A stretch of 51,190 nt of DNA from Planctomycetota bacterium (GTDB taxonomy: Bacteria; Planctomycetota; SZUA-567), in contig DAIPJX010000001.1 in assembly GCA_036770065.1 (NCBI GenBank), positions 1 through 51,190 of the forward strand, given 5' to 3'. This document shows, piece by piece, positions 18,012 to 28,373 of this stretch. Both the position numbers and the translations under genes were made by a program. Within the stretch, counting starts at the first letter, position 1; each line of letters begins with the position of its first letter. The notes beneath the pieces were generated by a model, which had not been told where the DNA came from, made no database searches, and saw nothing but the letters and a program-made list of their open reading frames with translations.

Positions 18012-19243
18012 ACATTATGGGTGAAGAGATTATTTCCATTCAGAACGGAATCCTGAACGTTCCCGATCACCCGGTCATTCCCTATATCGAAGGCGACGGA
18101 ACCGGCCCGGATATCTGGCGCGCGTCGGTTAGGGTGCTCGACGCAGCCGTCGGGAAGGCATATAACGGAACAAAAAGCATTGTCTGGAAAGAAGTGCTGG
18201 CAGGCGAAAAGGCGTTCAACCAAACCGGCAACTGGCTTCCCGACGCAACGACCGACGCGTTCCGTAAATACCTTGTCGGCATCAAGGGCCCATTGACGAC
18301 GCCGGTCGGCGGCGGCATACGGTCGCTCAATGTCGCGCTCCGGCAAATTCTCGATCTCTATGTGTGCCTGCGCCCGGTAACCTACTTCGACGGCGTTCCG
18401 TCTCCCGTCAAACAGCCAGAGCAAATCGACATGGTCATTTTCCGTGAAAATACGGAAGACATTTACGCCGGCATCGAGTTCTTGCACGGCACGCCCGAGT
18501 GCGAAAAGTTCCTCGCCTTGTTTACCGAAGCCTTCCCCGAGATGGCGAAAAAGATTCGTTTTCCGAAAACATCCGGCATCGGCATCAAGCCGGTCTCGCA
18601 GGAAGGGACGGCCCGCCTGGTCCGCGCCGCCATTCGATACGCGATCGACAACAACCGCACATCGGTGACGCTGGTCCACAAGGGCAATATCATGAAATTC
18701 ACCGAAGGCGCATTCCGCGATTGGGGCTATGAAGTCGCGAAAAACGAATTCGGCGGCAAGGAAATCGACGGCGGCCCGTGGCAGGAAATTGAGGCGGGCG
18801 GACGGAAGATTCTCATCAAGGACGTTATTGCCGACGCGTTCATGCAGCAGGTTCTTACCCGCCCGGGCGAGTACGACGTCGTCGCGACGCTCAATTTGAA
18901 CGGCGATTACATTTCGGACGAGTTGGCGGCGGAGGTTGGCGGCATCGGCATTGCGCCGGGCGGCAATATCAACTACGTCACCGGCCACGGCATTTTCGAG
19001 GCGACGCACGGCACCGCGCCCAAATACGCGGACAAGGACATGGTCAATCCGTCTTCCGTCATTTTGTCCGGCGAGATGATGCTTCGCTACATGGGCTGGA
19101 AGGAAGCGGCGGACTTGATCATTTCGTCCATGAACAAAACAATTGCCCAAAAGCGCGTGACCTATGACTTCCACCGCTTGATGGACGGCGCGACCAAGCT
19201 GTCCTGCTCCGCCTTCGGCGACGCGTTGGTGGAAAATATGTAG
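18008..19243 (+). CDS. icd: NADP-dependent isocitrate dehydrogenase
   Basis: [15 protein letters not shown], ...[18 protein letters not shown]..., ...[27 protein letters not shown] overlap with the lspA stop. Confidence 0.95.
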   Translation: MNIMGEEIISIQNGILNVPDHPVIPYIEGDGTGPDIWRASVRVLDAAVGKAYNGTKSIVWKEVLAGEKAFNQTGNWLPDATTDAFRKYLVGIKGPLTTPVGGGIRSLNVALRQILDLYVCLRPVTYFDGVPSPVKQPEQIDMVIFRENTEDIYAGIEFLHGTPECEKFLALFTEAFPEMAKKIRFPKTSGIGIKPVSQEGTARLVRAAIRYAIDNNRTSVTLVHKGNIMKFTEGAFRDWGYEVAKNEFGGKEIDGGPWQEIEAGGRKILIKDVIADAFMQQVLTRPGEYDVVATLNLNGDYISDELAAEVGGIGIAPGGNINYVTGHGIFEATHGTAPKYADKDMVNPSSVILSGEMMLRYMGWKEAADLIISSMNKTIAQKRVTYDFHRLMDGATKLSCSAFGDALVENM

Positions 19244-19254
19244 AGGAACGCCCA

Positions 19255-20397
19255 ATGGCTCGCCGGACTACCAGCTCCCAGAAAGAATCGCAACCGCCTT
19301 CACGCCCCGATAGCCCTCCGAGGGAATCGGGGCGCGACTTCGTCACGTTGTACTCCCGGCTTGTCCATACGCTGGAAAATGCGTGCAACAAACGGGGAAC
19401 GGGAGGACGCGAAGCGCTGGCCGAACATTTGTCCGCACTCAGACAAAACGGAAACGAACCGGAGAAGGAACTGCCTGCGCAAGCCTTTTCCCGATTGTTC
19501 CGCCGCCTTGGCTATACGGAAGCATCGACCGATGCGTGCCGGTATGCCCGGAACCTCTCGAAAAAGGTGGGAGAGGCGGTCAGCCGTCCGGGCGAACAGG
19601 TGCTGCAAATGCTTGCCATGTTCTGCGCGGGCGACGAAGCGTTGCGCCTCAAGCCGGTATGCGGCGCGACGCCGGTGTGCTTTGACTGTTTGCTGACTCG
19701 CGAGTGCGACTTTTTCAACAATCCGCGCGTTCCGGCGATGTCGCTCATGCCGCCGACGGCGCGGCTGCTGTCGGGAAACGGGCAGGCGGTGTCGGATGCG
19801 GAACTTTTGTCGGTGATTTTATACGGCGACAAGGCAACGGGCCGCGAAGCGGTGGTCGAGACAATGCTCGCGCGATACGGCAGGCTGCGGGCGGCATTCC
19901 GGGCGGAACCGGAGGAATATTCCAGCATACGCGGTATGACGAAACCCCAGGCGATTCGTCTGGCCGCCATCAACGCATTGCATCGCCGCCTGCTTGCCGA
20001 ACGGCGCGGTGAAATGCTTCGCATCACTTCGGCCAAGGATATTCATGATCGCTACGCCGTCGAATTGCGCGATTACCAGACCGAGGCGGCGGTAATGCTT
20101 ATGCTGGATCAGCAAAACAGCATTATCCGCGACGTCTGGTTTTGCGACACGTCTCCCACGGCGAATTTCGTTACGATTGCCGATTTGCTCCGTCCCGCCA
20201 TTCGCGAATTTGCGGTCAGGATAGCCCTCGTGCACAACCACCCGTCCGACAACCCAAGCCCGTCCATGGATGATATGGATTTTACCCGCCGCCTCCGCGC
20301 CGCCTGCGATATCGTCGGCATCGGTCTCCTGGATCACGTCATTGTCACAGAGTCCGGATATTATTCCTTCATGGAGTCGGGCAATCTTGGCATGTAA
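19255..20397 (+). CDS. radC: RadC-like JAB/JAMM domain protein with ~165-aa N-terminal extension
   Basis: C-terminal HNHPSDNPSPSMDDMDFTRRL...GIGLLDHVIV. The N-terminal extension contains CGATPVCFDCLLTREC. Confidence 0.8.
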   Translation: MARRTTSSQKESQPPSRPDSPPRESGRDFVTLYSRLVHTLENACNKRGTGGREALAEHLSALRQNGNEPEKELPAQAFSRLFRRLGYTEASTDACRYARNLSKKVGEAVSRPGEQVLQMLAMFCAGDEALRLKPVCGATPVCFDCLLTRECDFFNNPRVPAMSLMPPTARLLSGNGQAVSDAELLSVILYGDKATGREAVVETMLARYGRLRAAFRAEPEEYSSIRGMTKPQAIRLAAINALHRRLLAERRGEMLRITSAKDIHDRYAVELRDYQTEAAVMLMLDQQNSIIRDVWFCDTSPTANFVTIADLLRPAIREFAVRIALVHNHPSDNPSPSMDDMDFTRRLRAACDIVGIGLLDHVIVTESGYYSFMESGNLGM

Positions 20398-20535
20398 CCC
20401 TCCTTTCCGGACAAAATCGGGAAAAATGATTTTTCCATTAAAGTCCGGGTAGATTGTGTCCGCTAATAATATACAAGAAGGACAACGAGTCTATTTCAGG
20501 GACGGACGTTTTTTTTGCAAACGGATGGATATATT

Positions 20536-21663
20536 ATGATTAAAAACGATTTGGGCAGTCAGTTGGGTCAATACTTCAATCAGAAAAACAACAAGGCCGA
20601 TGCGGGCGAAGGCTCGCGCGCCAATGCAGCTTTCCAGCGGCTGAAAGCGCAGCAAGGCCCGAAATCGGGTAAGGCCGCCGCCGCCCCGACAGAACCCAAA
20701 GACGCCAACGCCACCCGCCCGGCCGATGACAATGTGTCCATGTACGATAAACGGAAAAAAGAGTTGGACGCCATTATGGATCGTCTCAACCGGGAAGAGG
20801 CGGAGCGTTTCCCAAACCGCCACCCGGCCAAAAACAATCAAACAGCTGAAACAGCTTCCACCGGTTCGGCACAGATGCCGAGTCTGGAGAATATCGGCGC
20901 GCTTGGCTTCCTGAACGACATGCCGCTCTTCAATGAATTCAAGACCGGGCTGTCCGATGCGTTCAAGATGCTGGATGGCGCGACCGCCGGATCCATCAAT
21001 GCCCAGTACGAATTGAACTACACCGCCATGCAGTATATGGCCAACGACGCCGGCGCGTACGAATACACGGAAACAAACCTTTCGATCAAGCTTGACCTGA
21101 ACTACATCAAAGCCGCGTCCGGCGGCCAGACCGGCAAGGAAATTGCGTCCGCGATTGAGAACAGCAAGGATTTCGGCGAATTGGTCGAGAACCTGAAGAA
21201 CGTCGGCCAACAGGATATGGCGGCGGCCAAGCAGAAGTTCGATCCCAAAGATTTCATGGCGAGTTTGCAGGATTATTTTTCGCCCGAATCAACGGCGAAC
21301 CGCATAGTCGATTTTGCGGCGGCGCTGTACGACGGCAAGGGTGATCGCGGCGAATTTGGCGAGACAATGCGCAAGGCCATTCAAAAAGGGTTTGATCAGG
21401 CCATGGGCATTTTGGGCAAGGTGCCGCAGTCGGTCCAGGACGGCATTGACAAAACGCACAGCCTGACAATGAAAGGGCTTGACGATTTCATTGCCAACGG
21501 CAGAAACCCGGCGAAGACGGAACAAGGCGTCTACTCCGGTCTGGAACAATACACCTTCAGCTTTGAAATGAACTACAGCCAAAAAACGGTCAGCTACAAC
21601 GCGCATGGCGCCCAACAGGGCAACCCGGCGGCCATGTCGCCAGCGCTGGACACAAAAGCGTAG
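20536..21663 (+). CDS. Hypothetical protein. The C-terminal part resembles DUF5610 from memory (FSPESTANRIVDFA...IQKGFDQAMGILG).
   Basis: ORF 20515..21663 (TTG), with the first ATG at 20536. Polar, low-complexity N-terminal half and no TM segment. The gene is locally lower in GC. Confidence 0.55.
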   Translation: MIKNDLGSQLGQYFNQKNNKADAGEGSRANAAFQRLKAQQGPKSGKAAAAPTEPKDANATRPADDNVSMYDKRKKELDAIMDRLNREEAERFPNRHPAKNNQTAETASTGSAQMPSLENIGALGFLNDMPLFNEFKTGLSDAFKMLDGATAGSINAQYELNYTAMQYMANDAGAYEYTETNLSIKLDLNYIKAASGGQTGKEIASAIENSKDFGELVENLKNVGQQDMAAAKQKFDPKDFMASLQDYFSPESTANRIVDFAAALYDGKGDRGEFGETMRKAIQKGFDQAMGILGKVPQSVQDGIDKTHSLTMKGLDDFIANGRNPAKTEQGVYSGLEQYTFSFEMNYSQKTVSYNAHGAQQGNPAAMSPALDTKA

Positions 21664-21668
21664 AAACG

Positions 21669-21690
21669 ACAATTAATAATTATTAATTGT
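21669..21690. repeat. Perfect 22-bp A/T-rich palindrome between convergent genes
   Basis: ACAATTAATAATTATTAATTGT equals its own reverse complement. Confidence 0.9.
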
Positions 21691-21748
21691 TAATTTCAAA
21701 TAAGAGTAAAGGGTACGCTACGCCTACATAAAAACGCCACTGTAGTAT

Positions 21749-23551
21749 TTACTCGTCTTCTCTCGCTTCCAGAACGGCGAGAAACGCTTTTTGCGGCACA
21801 GTGACATTGCCAATGGCGCGCATACGCTTTTTGCCCTCTTTCTGCTTTTCGAGCAATTTGCGCTTGCGCGTCACGTCGCCGCCGTAGCATTTCGCCAGAA
21901 CATTTTTTCTGAACGGCGTAATGTTTTCGCGCGCGACAATCCGCGCGCCAACCGCCGCCTGCAACGCCACCTGGAACATGTGCTTCGGGATTTCCTTCCT
22001 GAGGCGGGCAAGGATTTTCCGCCCCCGGATATCGGCCTTGTCCCGCAGGCAAATAATCGACAGCGCATCGACCGGCTGGCCGTGAATGAGAATGTCCACC
22101 TTGACCAAATCCGCCGCGCGATATTCAAGAAACTCGTAGTCCATCGTTCCGTATCCGCGCGTGGCGCTTTTCAGCTTGTCATAGAAATCGAACACGATTT
22201 CCGAGAACGGAATTTCATAGTGCAACAGCGCCCGCCTGCCGCCGATGTACTCAAGCCCCTTGTGATCGCCGCGACGTTCCTCCGCAAGCATCATGACGGC
22301 TCCGATGTACTCTTTCGGAACCATGACCTCGAGGCGGACAATCGGTTCGCGGATTTCTTCGATGAACGACGGATCCGGCACATCCGCCGGCGAATGGACT
22401 TCGTTCACCGTTCCGTCCGTGCGGAGGACCTCGTACGTCACGTTCGGCGCCGTTTTGACCAGATCCAGATCGCTTTCCCGCTCGAGGCGTTCCTGGACAA
22501 TCTCCATATGCAAAAGCCCGAGAAATCCGCAACGGAAGCCGTGCCCGAGCGCGGTGGACGATTCGGGAATATAATTGAACGACGCGTCGTTCAGCGCCAG
22601 GCGTTCGAGCGCTTTTCGGAGATTTTCGAAATTCTCGGTCGAAGACGGATACAGGCCGCAATAAACCATGCTTTTCGGTTCGACATAGCCGGGAAGCGGT
22701 TCGACCTTGCTGCCAGCAAAGGTCAGCGTGTCGCCGATTTTGACTGAGCGAATATCCTTCAGGTTGCCAACGATATAACCCACCTGCCCGGCGGAAAGAC
22801 TCTTGACCGGTTTCATGTTGGGGGCGAAAATGCCGAGATCGGTGACTTCGTACACTTTCCCCGACGACATCATTTCCACCTTGTCGCCTTTTTTGAGCGT
22901 CCCGTCGACAATGCGCAAATAGGTGATGACGCCGCGATAATCGTCGTACACCGAATCGAAGATCATGCCGCGCAACGGTTTTTCCGGATCGCCCTTCGGC
23001 GGATCGATTACGGAGACAATGGACTCGAGAATCTCTTCAATTCCTTCGCCCGTCTTGGCGCTGGCATAACGAACTTCGGACGGGGATACGCCCAAAAACG
23101 AAACGATTTCCTCGCACACCGCGTCAGGAATGGCCGACGGAAGATCGATCTTGTTGACGACGGGAATGATGGTCAGGTCGTTGTTCAGCGCCAAATAAGT
23201 GTTCGCCACCGTCTGCGCCTCGATTCCCTGCGACGCGTCGACCACCAGCAAAACCCCTTCGCACGCCGCAAGCGACCGGGAGACTTCATAGGAAAAGTCC
23301 ACATGGCCGGGGGTGTCGATAAAATTGATCTGGTAGGTTTTGCCGTTTTTGCTGGTGAAGGAGGCTGTGACCGGATGCGCCTTGATCGTAATGCCGCGTT
23401 CCCGCTCCAGGTCCATGTCGTCAAGAAACTGGGCACGGAATTCGCGTTCCGTCACCAAGCCGGTTTGCAGCAAAATACGATCGGCAAGCGTCGATTTCCC
23501 GTGATCAATGTGGGCAATAATGGAAAAATTGCGTATCAGTTTCGTGTCCAT
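21749..23551 (-). CDS. lepA: Translation elongation factor 4 (LepA)
   Basis: [25 protein letters not shown]..., [13 protein letters not shown]. The start is taken at internal Met 55 of ORF 21749..23713. Confidence 0.95.
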   Translation of the reverse strand: MDTKLIRNFSIIAHIDHGKSTLADRILLQTGLVTEREFRAQFLDDMDLERERGITIKAHPVTASFTSKNGKTYQINFIDTPGHVDFSYEVSRSLAACEGVLLVVDASQGIEAQTVANTYLALNNDLTIIPVVNKIDLPSAIPDAVCEEIVSFLGVSPSEVRYASAKTGEGIEEILESIVSVIDPPKGDPEKPLRGMIFDSVYDDYRGVITYLRIVDGTLKKGDKVEMMSSGKVYEVTDLGIFAPNMKPVKSLSAGQVGYIVGNLKDIRSVKIGDTLTFAGSKVEPLPGYVEPKSMVYCGLYPSSTENFENLRKALERLALNDASFNYIPESSTALGHGFRCGFLGLLHMEIVQERLERESDLDLVKTAPNVTYEVLRTDGTVNEVHSPADVPDPSFIEEIREPIVRLEVMVPKEYIGAVMMLAEERRGDHKGLEYIGGRRALLHYEIPFSEIVFDFYDKLKSATRGYGTMDYEFLEYRAADLVKVDILIHGQPVDALSIICLRDKADIRGRKILARLRKEIPKHMFQVALQAAVGARIVARENITPFRKNVLAKCYGGDVTRKRKLLEKQKEGKKRMRAIGNVTVPQKAFLAVLEAREDE

Positions 23552-23672
23552 GGATATTCCGTCTGTCTTTCCAAAGAAACCTCGCAAGGCCCGGAGGAAT
23601 TCCGGGCCTTGAAGAATATCCCAGTATACAGGAAAAGGGAGGCAAGTATATAGAATTTTTCCGCCCGAAATG

Positions 23673-23700
23673 TTGCGTTCGCGCGGGAACGCCCTATAAT
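23673..23700 (+). promoter_or_regulatory. Candidate sigma70 promoter for the Ldh_2 gene
   Basis: TTGCGT (23673-23678), 16-nt spacer, TATAAT (23695-23700). Confidence 0.45.
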
Positions 23701-23752
23701 CCGAATAATTCAACCGCGTTTGTTTTCCTCTCTTTGAAAAGGATGTTTCCCA

Positions 23753-24817
23753 ATGCCCAATGTGAAAATCGACTCCGAAGCGCTGAAAGCGTTTCTAACC
23801 TCCGTATTCGCAAAAACCGGCATGCCGCAAGCCGACGCCGAGTTCGCCGCATGGTCCACCGTCCAAAGCGATTTATGGGGCATCGACTCCCACGGAACCC
23901 TGCGCACGCCCGACTATGAAAAACGCCTGCGCGACAAAGTCGTGAACCCGGCTCCCAAAATCGTCAACAAACTGAATCCCGCCCTGCCCATCGGCCATAT
24001 CGACGGTGACGCCGGACTTGGCTACATCGTCGGCCGCGACGGTATGCTGCTCGCCATCGAAAAAGCAAAAACATTCGGCGTCTCCCTCATCATCGCCAGC
24101 AATTCCAACCACTACGGCGCCGCCGGAATCTACGCCCGCATGGCCGCGGCGGAAGGCCTTCTCGGCCTGACCGTCACCAACGTCAAGCCGAACATTGGAA
24201 TGCCCGGCGTCACCGCCCCCGTGAGCGGCAACAACCCCATAGCCCTCGCCGCGCCCATTCCGGACAGCGATCCCTTCTGCATCGACGTCGCCATGTCCAT
24301 GGTCGCGTTGGGCAAGCTGATTTATGCGAAGAAAAAAGGCGTCTCCATACCGACCGGCTGGGCGACCGACCGCGCCGGAAACGACACGACCGACCCGGAC
24401 GAAGGAATCAAAGGCATACTGCTCCCGACCGGAATGCACAAGGGCTTTGGCATTTCCCTTTTTATCGATATCCTCACCGGCCTCCTCGGCGGCGGTCCGT
24501 TCCTGAGCCAGATGATCAGCATGTACAGCCACCCGGACAAACCGAGCAACCTGGCGCACGCCTTCATCGCCATCAACATCGACATGTTCATGGAACGAAG
24601 CGAATACAACAAGCGCATTCTTGAGTGGCGCGACATACTGCACAACACCCCGGTCCGGGCCGGTTTGCCGCCGCTGATTATCCCCGGAGAACCGGAAATC
24701 GAGTCGGAGAAAGAACGCCGCGCCAACGGCATTACGCTTCCCGCGCAGCTCTGGGCCGACTTGCAGGCAATCGCCAAAGTCCATGGATTGCCCGTGCCGG
24801 CAGTGGCCGAGGCATAA
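23753..24817 (+). CDS. Ldh_2 family (malate/L-lactate dehydrogenase type 2) oxidoreductase
   Basis: ...[20 protein letters not shown]..., [12 protein letters not shown], ...[18 protein letters not shown]. Confidence 0.8.
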   Translation: MPNVKIDSEALKAFLTSVFAKTGMPQADAEFAAWSTVQSDLWGIDSHGTLRTPDYEKRLRDKVVNPAPKIVNKLNPALPIGHIDGDAGLGYIVGRDGMLLAIEKAKTFGVSLIIASNSNHYGAAGIYARMAAAEGLLGLTVTNVKPNIGMPGVTAPVSGNNPIALAAPIPDSDPFCIDVAMSMVALGKLIYAKKKGVSIPTGWATDRAGNDTTDPDEGIKGILLPTGMHKGFGISLFIDILTGLLGGGPFLSQMISMYSHPDKPSNLAHAFIAINIDMFMERSEYNKRILEWRDILHNTPVRAGLPPLIIPGEPEIESEKERRANGITLPAQLWADLQAIAKVHGLPVPAVAEA

Positions 24818-24854
24818 ATTTGGAATTTCTTCCAAATATTTGTTTTTCTTTTGC

Positions 24855-24882
24855 TTGACAAATACGCGGAGGTTCATATACT
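24855..24882 (+). promoter_or_regulatory. Near-consensus sigma70 promoter for the tRNA-Asp genes
   Basis: TTGACA (24855-24860), 16-nt spacer, TATACT (24877-24882), ~25 nt upstream of the tRNA 5' end. Confidence 0.6.
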
Positions 24883-24907
24883 CGGTTCCTCCAAAGGTAA
24901 GAACGTT

Positions 24908-24984
24908 GATCACGTAGCGCAATTGGTTAGAGCACCAGACTGTCGATCTGGAGGTTGCGGGTTCGAGTCCCGTCGTGATCGCCA
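24908..24984 (+). tRNA. tRNA-Asp (anticodon GTC), copy 1
   Basis: Cloverleaf folded by hand. Acceptor GATCACG/CGTGATC, anticodon loop CTGTCGA, T-arm GCGGG-TTCGAGT-CCCGT, encoded CCA. Confidence 0.9.
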
Positions 24985-24994
24985 AAAACAAAGC

Positions 24995-25026
24995 GCCCTG
25001 TCTTCACATGAAAACAGGGCTTTTTT
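24995..25026 (+). terminator. Rho-independent terminator after tRNA-Asp copy 1
   Basis: GCCCTGT...ACAGGGC stem followed by TTTTTT. Confidence 0.7.
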
Positions 25027-25064
25027 ATCTCCAAGTCACGGCTTGGGCCAGTACACAGAATTCT

Positions 25065-25141
25065 GATCGCGTAGCGCAATTGGTTAGAGCACCAGACTGT
25101 CGATCTGGAGGTTGCGGGTTCGAGTCCCGTCGCGATCGCCA
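25065..25141 (+). tRNA. tRNA-Asp (anticodon GTC), copy 2
   Basis: Identical to copy 1 except for a compensatory acceptor-stem pair (GATCGCG/CGCGATC). Confidence 0.9.
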
Positions 25142-25145
25142 TTAC

Positions 25146-25185
25146 AAAAAACGCTCCGTTTTCTTGCGAAAACAGAGCGTTTTTC
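25146..25185. terminator. Bidirectional terminator between tRNA-Asp copy 2 and tctA
   Basis: A6 run, 13-position stem with one mismatch (ACGCTCCGTTTTC / GAAAACAGAGCGT), then T5 run. Confidence 0.65.
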
Positions 25186-25244
25186 TTTTCGCGTTACATG
25201 TCTGCCTCATTTTCCGTTTCATTCGCCCCGTTGTTCATTATTCA

Positions 25245-26723
25245 TTACCAATCAATTTGTTGTCTCTTCTTGTGCCTGTTCCAGAGCGGCAGGCCAATGG
25301 AAACAACGATGAGCGCGGCGAAGAGCCACGTGATGGGCGTTGCGAGAAATGTGCTGTAACTGCCGCGTGACATGAGGAGTGCGCGGCGGAAATGGCTCTC
25401 CGCCATGGGTCCGAGGATAAGGCCCAGAACGGCGGGGGAAGAGGATATTTCCACCTTATTCAGAAAGTAGCCGATAATCCCGAAGATGAGCATGGTCCAG
25501 ACATCGAAAAAATTATTGGCCATTGCATACGATCCGATTACGCAAAACAAGAAAATTGCCGGAATTAACACCGATTTCGGAATGGACAGGACTTTCGTGA
25601 AGATGCGGATGCAGGACAGGCCCATAACGCACATGACGATATTGGCGACGAACAGGCCGAGAAAGACGCTGTTGACCAATGTCGCGTGATTGCGGAACAA
25701 CAGCGGCCCCGGCTGCAATCCCTGGATGGTCAAGGCGCCTATCATGATTGCGGCAACCGCGTCTCCGGGGACGCCCAGAGTCAGCATCGGGATCATCGCA
25801 CCGCCGGTGACACCGTTGTTGGACGATTCGGGCGCCATGATTCCCTCCGGAATGCCGGTGCCGAATTTTTCCGGATGTTTGGAAAGGTTGCGCGCCTGTC
25901 CATAGGCAACAAAGGCGCCGATATCTGCTCCCGCTCCGGGAATAATTCCGATGAGCGTTCCGATAAGGCCGTAGAACGGTCCGTTTTTCAAAATCAGTTT
26001 CATGTCCGATTTCGTCGGAAGAACGCTATTGATTTTTTTGCTGACCATTCCCTTGACGTAAATCGTTTCAATGCTTTCAAACGCCTGCGACATGGCGAAG
26101 AGGCCGATCATGACCGGGATGTAGTTGATGCCGGAGAGAAGGTTGATGTTGTCATAGGTGAATCGTTTGTAACTGGTGATTCCGTCTATGCCGACTGTGG
26201 CGAGCAATATGCCCAACGCTCCGCAGAGGACGCCCTTGGCCAGACTGTTTCCGCTGATGCTGGCGATGACGCACAAGCCAAAGACGGCCAGCATGAAGAA
26301 TTCGGGCGAACTGAATTTCAGGGCGATTTTGGCGAGTTGCGGCGAGAGCAGCGTCAGGACAATGCAACTGACGATGCCGCCGACGAACGAGGACACGGTG
26401 GAGATGCCCAGCGCCCGTCCGGCTTCGCCGCGCTTGGCGAACTCGTATCCGTCGAGTACGGTTGCCGCCGCCGCCGGCGTTCCCGGCGTCCGGATGAGGA
26501 TGGCCGCGACCGAGCCGCCGTAAATCGCCCCCACATAGACGCCCAAGAGCATGAGGATTCCCGGCGCCGCTTCCATGCCGAAGGTGAGCGGGAGGACGAG
26601 CGCCACCCCCATGGTCGCAGTCAAGCCAGGCAGGCAGCCGATCGCCATTCCAGCCGCGACGCCGATGATAATGTAGAGGAGGGTGAGCGGTTCAAAGACT
26701 GTTTGGAGAACTTCCGCCGTCAT
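25245..26723 (-). CDS. tctA: Tripartite tricarboxylate transporter permease TctA
   Basis: 492-aa polytopic membrane protein. The N-terminus ...IGCLPGLTATMGVALVLPLTF is typical of TctA. Confidence 0.9.
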   Translation of the reverse strand: MTAEVLQTVFEPLTLLYIIIGVAAGMAIGCLPGLTATMGVALVLPLTFGMEAAPGILMLLGVYVGAIYGGSVAAILIRTPGTPAAAATVLDGYEFAKRGEAGRALGISTVSSFVGGIVSCIVLTLLSPQLAKIALKFSSPEFFMLAVFGLCVIASISGNSLAKGVLCGALGILLATVGIDGITSYKRFTYDNINLLSGINYIPVMIGLFAMSQAFESIETIYVKGMVSKKINSVLPTKSDMKLILKNGPFYGLIGTLIGIIPGAGADIGAFVAYGQARNLSKHPEKFGTGIPEGIMAPESSNNGVTGGAMIPMLTLGVPGDAVAAIMIGALTIQGLQPGPLLFRNHATLVNSVFLGLFVANIVMCVMGLSCIRIFTKVLSIPKSVLIPAIFLFCVIGSYAMANNFFDVWTMLIFGIIGYFLNKVEISSSPAVLGLILGPMAESHFRRALLMSRGSYSTFLATPITWLFAALIVVSIGLPLWNRHKKRQQIDW

Positions 26724-26747
26724 GGGGATTCCCTTTCTTGTTATGGC

Positions 26748-27200
26748 TTACATCAGGAAGCCGAAACGGAACGGAACGAGGAGAACTTCGCTGAAGACGA
26801 AATAGATGATGCACGGAATCCCCAATGACCACAATGCGCATTTGATGAAGGAATAGCGCCCGAACCATTGTACCAGCGCAAACATGAGGATCGCGCTGGT
26901 GGCCACAAACCCGACCTCTGGCAGGATCAACAGGTACGCTATCATGACGATCATGGTCAGGTAGACGCGCTTGTTGCCAACGCTGGCGAGATTGAGTGGT
27001 TTGTCCTCTTCCGGCCGCATTCGGAGGGTGGTCATGATGAGCGAAATCGAAGCCATGAGCATGATGATGGCGATGATGATGGGGAATATGCCGGGCCCGG
27101 GAACGCCGCCTTTGCTTGGCGGGAATCCGGAGCATTCCCATATCACGCAGCCAGCGAGCGCGGCGAAGAGGGCAGCCGCGATATAATTGCCTTTTTTCAT
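26748..27200 (-). CDS. tctB: Tripartite tricarboxylate transporter small subunit TctB
   Basis: 150 aa with 4 predicted TM segments, positioned between tctC and tctA. Confidence 0.75.
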   Translation of the reverse strand: MKKGNYIAAALFAALAGCVIWECSGFPPSKGGVPGPGIFPIIIAIIMLMASISLIMTTLRMRPEEDKPLNLASVGNKRVYLTMIVMIAYLLILPEVGFVATSAILMFALVQWFGRYSFIKCALWSLGIPCIIYFVFSEVLLVPFRFGFLM

Positions 27201-27274
27201 AAAACTTTCCTTGCAACCAAAGCATCCCGAGACGTTCGCTCGCCCCGGGATGCATGGGAATATTTTTATTATTT

Positions 27275-28231
27275 CTATTGATCCAGTCCGAGTTCGCTGA
27301 TCAGTTCCTTGAACATGAGATTGTCATTGGCCAGTCGTTCGGCGTATTGTTTGCTGTCGAGTATTTCTATGTCGTTTTTGCTGTCGGCCATGAACTTGAC
27401 GAATTTGGGCGAGTTTGCGCCGTCGATAAAGGTTTTTTCCAGCCAGGCGGTGATTTCGGCGGGAGTGTTCTTGGGTACGCCGAATCCGCGCCAGGTGCCG
27501 ATTGCGACGTCGTATCCGAGTTCTTTTCCTGTCGGGATATCGGGGGCGGAGGCGAGGCGGTGGGGTGCGAGAACGGCCAGCGCGCGGAGTTCGCCCGCTT
27601 CGATTTGGGACACGACTTCGGCGTAGCTGACCGCGACCGCGTCGATGTGTCCGCCCAAGAGCGAGGTCATGGCGGGAGCGGCGCCGTCGAAGGGGATGTG
27701 TATGAATTCGACGCCGGCCGCTTTGCCGAGGCCGGCCGCTGCCAGGTGCCAAATTGCGCCGATGCCGGAATTGCCGATTTGGAGCGGCCGTTCCTTGGCG
27801 TCCGCGATCAGGTCGTTCAACGACTGGTAAGGGGAGTCGGCGTGGACGGTGATGGCTGAGTAGGCGGAGTTGACCATCATGATCGGGCTGAAATTTTCAT
27901 AGCTGATGTCTCCGCCCGTACCGGTATGGGGGAGGGTGACGAGTTCGACGGTTGTCATGGTGATGATGTTTCCGTCGGGTTTGGCGTGTTGTCCGTAGGA
28001 CATGCCGACCGAGCCGCCGCCGCCGAGTCGGTTTTCGACCGCGATGCCTCGCGGGAATGAGTCTTTGATCGAATCGACGAGCGCGCGCCCGACCAGATCG
28101 GTTCCGCCGCCCGCGCCGTAGGGAACGATGACGGAGACGGGTGAATTGGGGTAGTCGATAGCCTCGGCTTGCGACACGGCGAGCGCGAAACCGAGCATAA
28201 GGGCAAATGCGATGAGACCGATTTTTTTCAT
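27275..28231 (-). CDS. tctC: Tripartite tricarboxylate transporter substrate-binding protein (TctC/Bug family)
   Basis: Signal peptide MKKIGLIAFALMLGFALAVSQAEA, then YPNSPVSVIVPYGAGGGTDLVGRAL. The start is at an internal Met preceded by GGAGAG. Confidence 0.85.
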   Translation of the reverse strand: MKKIGLIAFALMLGFALAVSQAEAIDYPNSPVSVIVPYGAGGGTDLVGRALVDSIKDSFPRGIAVENRLGGGGSVGMSYGQHAKPDGNIITMTTVELVTLPHTGTGGDISYENFSPIMMVNSAYSAITVHADSPYQSLNDLIADAKERPLQIGNSGIGAIWHLAAAGLGKAAGVEFIHIPFDGAAPAMTSLLGGHIDAVAVSYAEVVSQIEAGELRALAVLAPHRLASAPDIPTGKELGYDVAIGTWRGFGVPKNTPAEITAWLEKTFIDGANSPKFVKFMADSKNDIEILDSKQYAERLANDNLMFKELISELGLDQ

Positions 28232-28327
28232 GATGCCTCTCCTTGCAAAAGAAAAACCAGAAAATAGCGCAATTACCTTGGGTACGATATGCGTACAACA
28301 ATTTCCCCGATGCGTTAATGATGTGCG

Positions 28328-28356
28328 AATATATGTGAAGCTTTTATTTTGCGCAA
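28328..28356 (-). promoter_or_regulatory. Candidate sigma70 promoter for tctCBA
   Basis: On the minus strand: TTGCGC, 17-nt spacer, TATATT. Confidence 0.45.
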
Positions 28357-28373
28357 GGTATTTATTCCGTCTT

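Noticed and set aside
20407-20448. A two-tier hairpin downstream of radC: CCGGAC...GGAAAAA-tga-TTTTTCC...GTCCGG.
   Set aside because: It lacks a U-tract and is most simply a 3'-end stabilising or termination hairpin. Nothing indicates a riboswitch or repeat family.
23552-23713. N-terminal extensions of ORF-track entries: lepA to 23713, tctC to 28387, hisI to 46550, the nitroreductase from 34961, larE from 41165, the flavodoxin-like gene from 39432, the FAH gene from 38612 and the dksA-like gene from 16921.
   Set aside because: Family-typical N-termini begin at internal Met codons that have Shine-Dalgarno sequences. The upstream extensions overlap neighbouring genes or intergenic signals and have atypical composition.
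24873-25142. ORFs on both strands across the tRNA-Asp genes: 23873..24991, 24927..25142, 24851..25066 and 24975..25370.
   Set aside because: They are artefacts of translating tRNA genes and terminators. The repeated ...GLEPATSRSTVWCSNQLRY... is simply the tRNA read in reverse.
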